DNA of 64,000 nucleotides from a virus. Where the stretch lies: the IMG/VR virus record IMGVR_UViG_3300009093_000036, positions 96,001 through 160,000 of that record; one strand, 5' to 3'. The position numbers were made by a program, and so were the translations under genes. Every line of letters begins with the position of its first letter. The first letter of the stretch is position 1. The notes under the pieces were generated by a model. It was not told the origin of the DNA, made no database searches, and worked only from the letters and a program-made list of their open reading frames with translations. Below, one piece after another: positions 62,490-64,000 of this stretch.

Positions 62490-63602
62490 TCAGAAGGAGA
62501 CGACGCCCGGGAAGAACGTGCGATCCGCGGCGCGGTTGTTCGGCGCCCCGAGATCCTCCTCCACCTTCGGCGAGACCGAGGAGAGGATCGAGTCCGTGTT
62601 CAGCGACGTCGCGTCACCGGAGTAGAGCTCCAGCTTGCGGACCGACGCCACGTTGACGATCGACATGCCGACGTCCTTCCACGCGACGAACTTGATCAGG
62701 TTGATCACCTTGTCGATGTAGAACTTGACGTTGTTCAGGATGTAGAAGCGACCCAGGAACTCCGGCGACGTGTACGCGTACACGTTGCCCGGACGGAGGA
62801 TGTCCGTCTTGATGGTCCGGATCAGCTTCTTGCCGAGCAGGGTGTTGAACTGCCAGCCCTGAACGGTGGTCTCGCTCTGCACCTTCGAGCCCTGGTCCTC
62901 GATCGTCCACTGGAGGACGTCGTCGAGATCCTTGCTCGTGATGAGGATGAGCTCGCACTCCAAGCGGTTGCCGTCGAGTAGCTTCATCAGGTTGACGATG
63001 TCCGGGCGCTGGATCGGACGAACGATCGCGTCGTTCGTCGAAGCCGCACGCGCGAGCTCGCCCTTGATGACCGAGAACTCCACCGGCGGCGTGCCGCTCT
63101 GGAGACCCGTCGCGTTGAGCGCCGTCGTCGAGCCGTTGGCCTCGGTCTGGAGCGCCTGCACCGCGGCCTCGGAGTAGATCAGGAACTGACGGTCCTGGAT
63201 CTCGCCGATGTCGCGGATCGAGTTCTGCTCGACCACCTTCCCGAGCGGGTACGGGTAAGCCAGGAACTCCTGCTCCGGCTTCTGGTACATCTCGCTCATG
63301 ATGGTGATGAACGGCACCTCGACGCGCTCGCCGCGGAGCAGCCGAGCCGAGGGCTCGCCACGGAAGGTGACCACCATGGCGCGCGAACGCGGCTCCAGGT
63401 GCTCGATCTTCACGAGCGAGTCGTGGTTGACCGAGATCTGGCAGTCGCTGCGCGTGACGGTCTGGGGCGGGAGGACCCGCTCCAGGAACGACGCCTCGCG
63501 CAGGCGATCTCGGATGTAGCCCCCGACCTCCGCCGCGAGCTTCGTCTTCGCGTCGGGGTTCGAGAGGTGCTGAATGGTCAGCTCCTTTGCATCGTGCAGC
63601 AT
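62490..63602 (-). CDS. major capsid protein (HK97-like fold)
   Basis: 370 aa; YIRDRLREASFLERVLPP; IGEIQDRQFL; follows a decoration-like gene and precedes adaptor genes. Confidence 0.8.
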   Translation of the reverse strand: MLHDAKELTIQHLSNPDAKTKLAAEVGGYIRDRLREASFLERVLPPQTVTRSDCQISVNHDSLVKIEHLEPRSRAMVVTFRGEPSARLLRGERVEVPFITIMSEMYQKPEQEFLAYPYPLGKVVEQNSIRDIGEIQDRQFLIYSEAAVQALQTEANGSTTALNATGLQSGTPPVEFSVIKGELARAASTNDAIVRPIQRPDIVNLMKLLDGNRLECELILITSKDLDDVLQWTIEDQGSKVQSETTVQGWQFNTLLGKKLIRTIKTDILRPGNVYAYTSPEFLGRFYILNNVKFYIDKVINLIKFVAWKDVGMSIVNVASVRKLELYSGDATSLNTDSILSSVSPKVEEDLGAPNNRAADRTFFPGVVSF

Positions 63603-63657
63603 GATGTTCTCCTATCTCCTTTTCTGTCTGTCCGTCCGTCCCGACTTGCCGTCCGGA

Positions 63658-63999
63658 TCAGACCGCCGTCTGAAGGAAGCGGAGACGACCACCGTTGGTG
63701 ATCGCCAGCCGCGTCACGTAGCCGATGATGAGGTTGGAGCCCGTGCGGAGGATGAGCCCCGAACGCGTCTGCCCACCGACCGTGCACGCGCCCGTCATGA
63801 GCGGGCTGTGGAGGACGAGCGACGTCGTGTCGTACACGATCGTGTCCGCCTCGTACGTGCCGCCCTTGAGGATGGCCGCCTTGCCGGTCGCCTGCATCCC
63901 GAGGTCACCGCGCCACTCCAGGAAGGCGTAGGCGGGGACGAGCGGGCCCTGGTCCGTCGCGCGGACGAGCTTGTACGTGCTGTCCTCCGTGACGAACTC
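63658..63999 (-). CDS. capsid decoration/cement protein, partial (start beyond window)
   Basis: Frame open to window end: EFVTEDSTYKLVRA...GDLGMQATGKAAILKGGTYEADT. Confidence 0.65.
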   Translation of the reverse strand, partial: EFVTEDSTYKLVRATDQGPLVPAYAFLEWRGDLGMQATGKAAILKGGTYEADTIVYDTTSLVLHSPLMTGACTVGGQTRSGLILRTGSNLIIGYVTRLAITNGGRLRFLQTAV

Positions 64000-64000
64000 A

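Noticed and set aside
62490-63602. Interpretation as a bacterial encapsulin operon (HK97 shell + ferritin cargo)
   Set aside because: Linked decoration, adaptor, neck, sheath and tube genes show a phage head; no LTVGSL-type encapsulin targeting peptide was seen
1-64000. CRISPR array, rRNA, integrase or transposase
   Set aside because: No regularly spaced repeat-spacer array or matching motifs were found by eye
1-64000. Stop-codon reassignment as an explanation for fused ORFs
   Set aside because: Genes end normally at TGA/TAG/TAA with coupled overlaps; the anomalies are local

Overview
64 kb from a large, GC-rich (~64%) myovirus-type phage genome. No host housekeeping context and no CRISPR array are visible. 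Myxobacterial-style lipoproteins suggest a Myxococcota/Deltaproteobacteria host (inference). Left two-thirds (1-42 kb, almost all minus strand): many small hypothetical genes plus Thg1, an acyl-carrier-protein homologue lacking the phosphopantetheine Ser, ATP-dependent DNA ligase, RNase HII, NDK, an HD-domain (p)ppGpp-hydrolase-like protein, a PolA-fragment protein, HNH, a split RecD2, a putative lysin, an RlaP-type nucleotidyltransferase, vWA, a complete tmRNA (tag ANDSSYAQPVLANAA), ThyX, dCTP deaminase and a DEDDh exonuclease. These genes are organised by repeated terminator plus CCTATCA promoter-like units. At ~42 kb a G-poor, repeat-flanked divergent intergenic region resembles a replication origin. 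Right third (43.9-64 kb, minus strand): virion module with decoration protein, major capsid protein, adaptor/neck, tail terminator, sheath, tube and fibre. Standout: large modular proteins interspersed in the head module carry an intact bacterioferritin-type domain, a pyrophosphatase-like domain and glycine zippers. Their modules are delimited by a recurring K-x-[A/S]-[A/S] motif that also occurs at the capsid N-terminus, suggesting a protease-processed capsid-cargo polyprotein system. All product calls come from motif recognition by eye; no searches were run.
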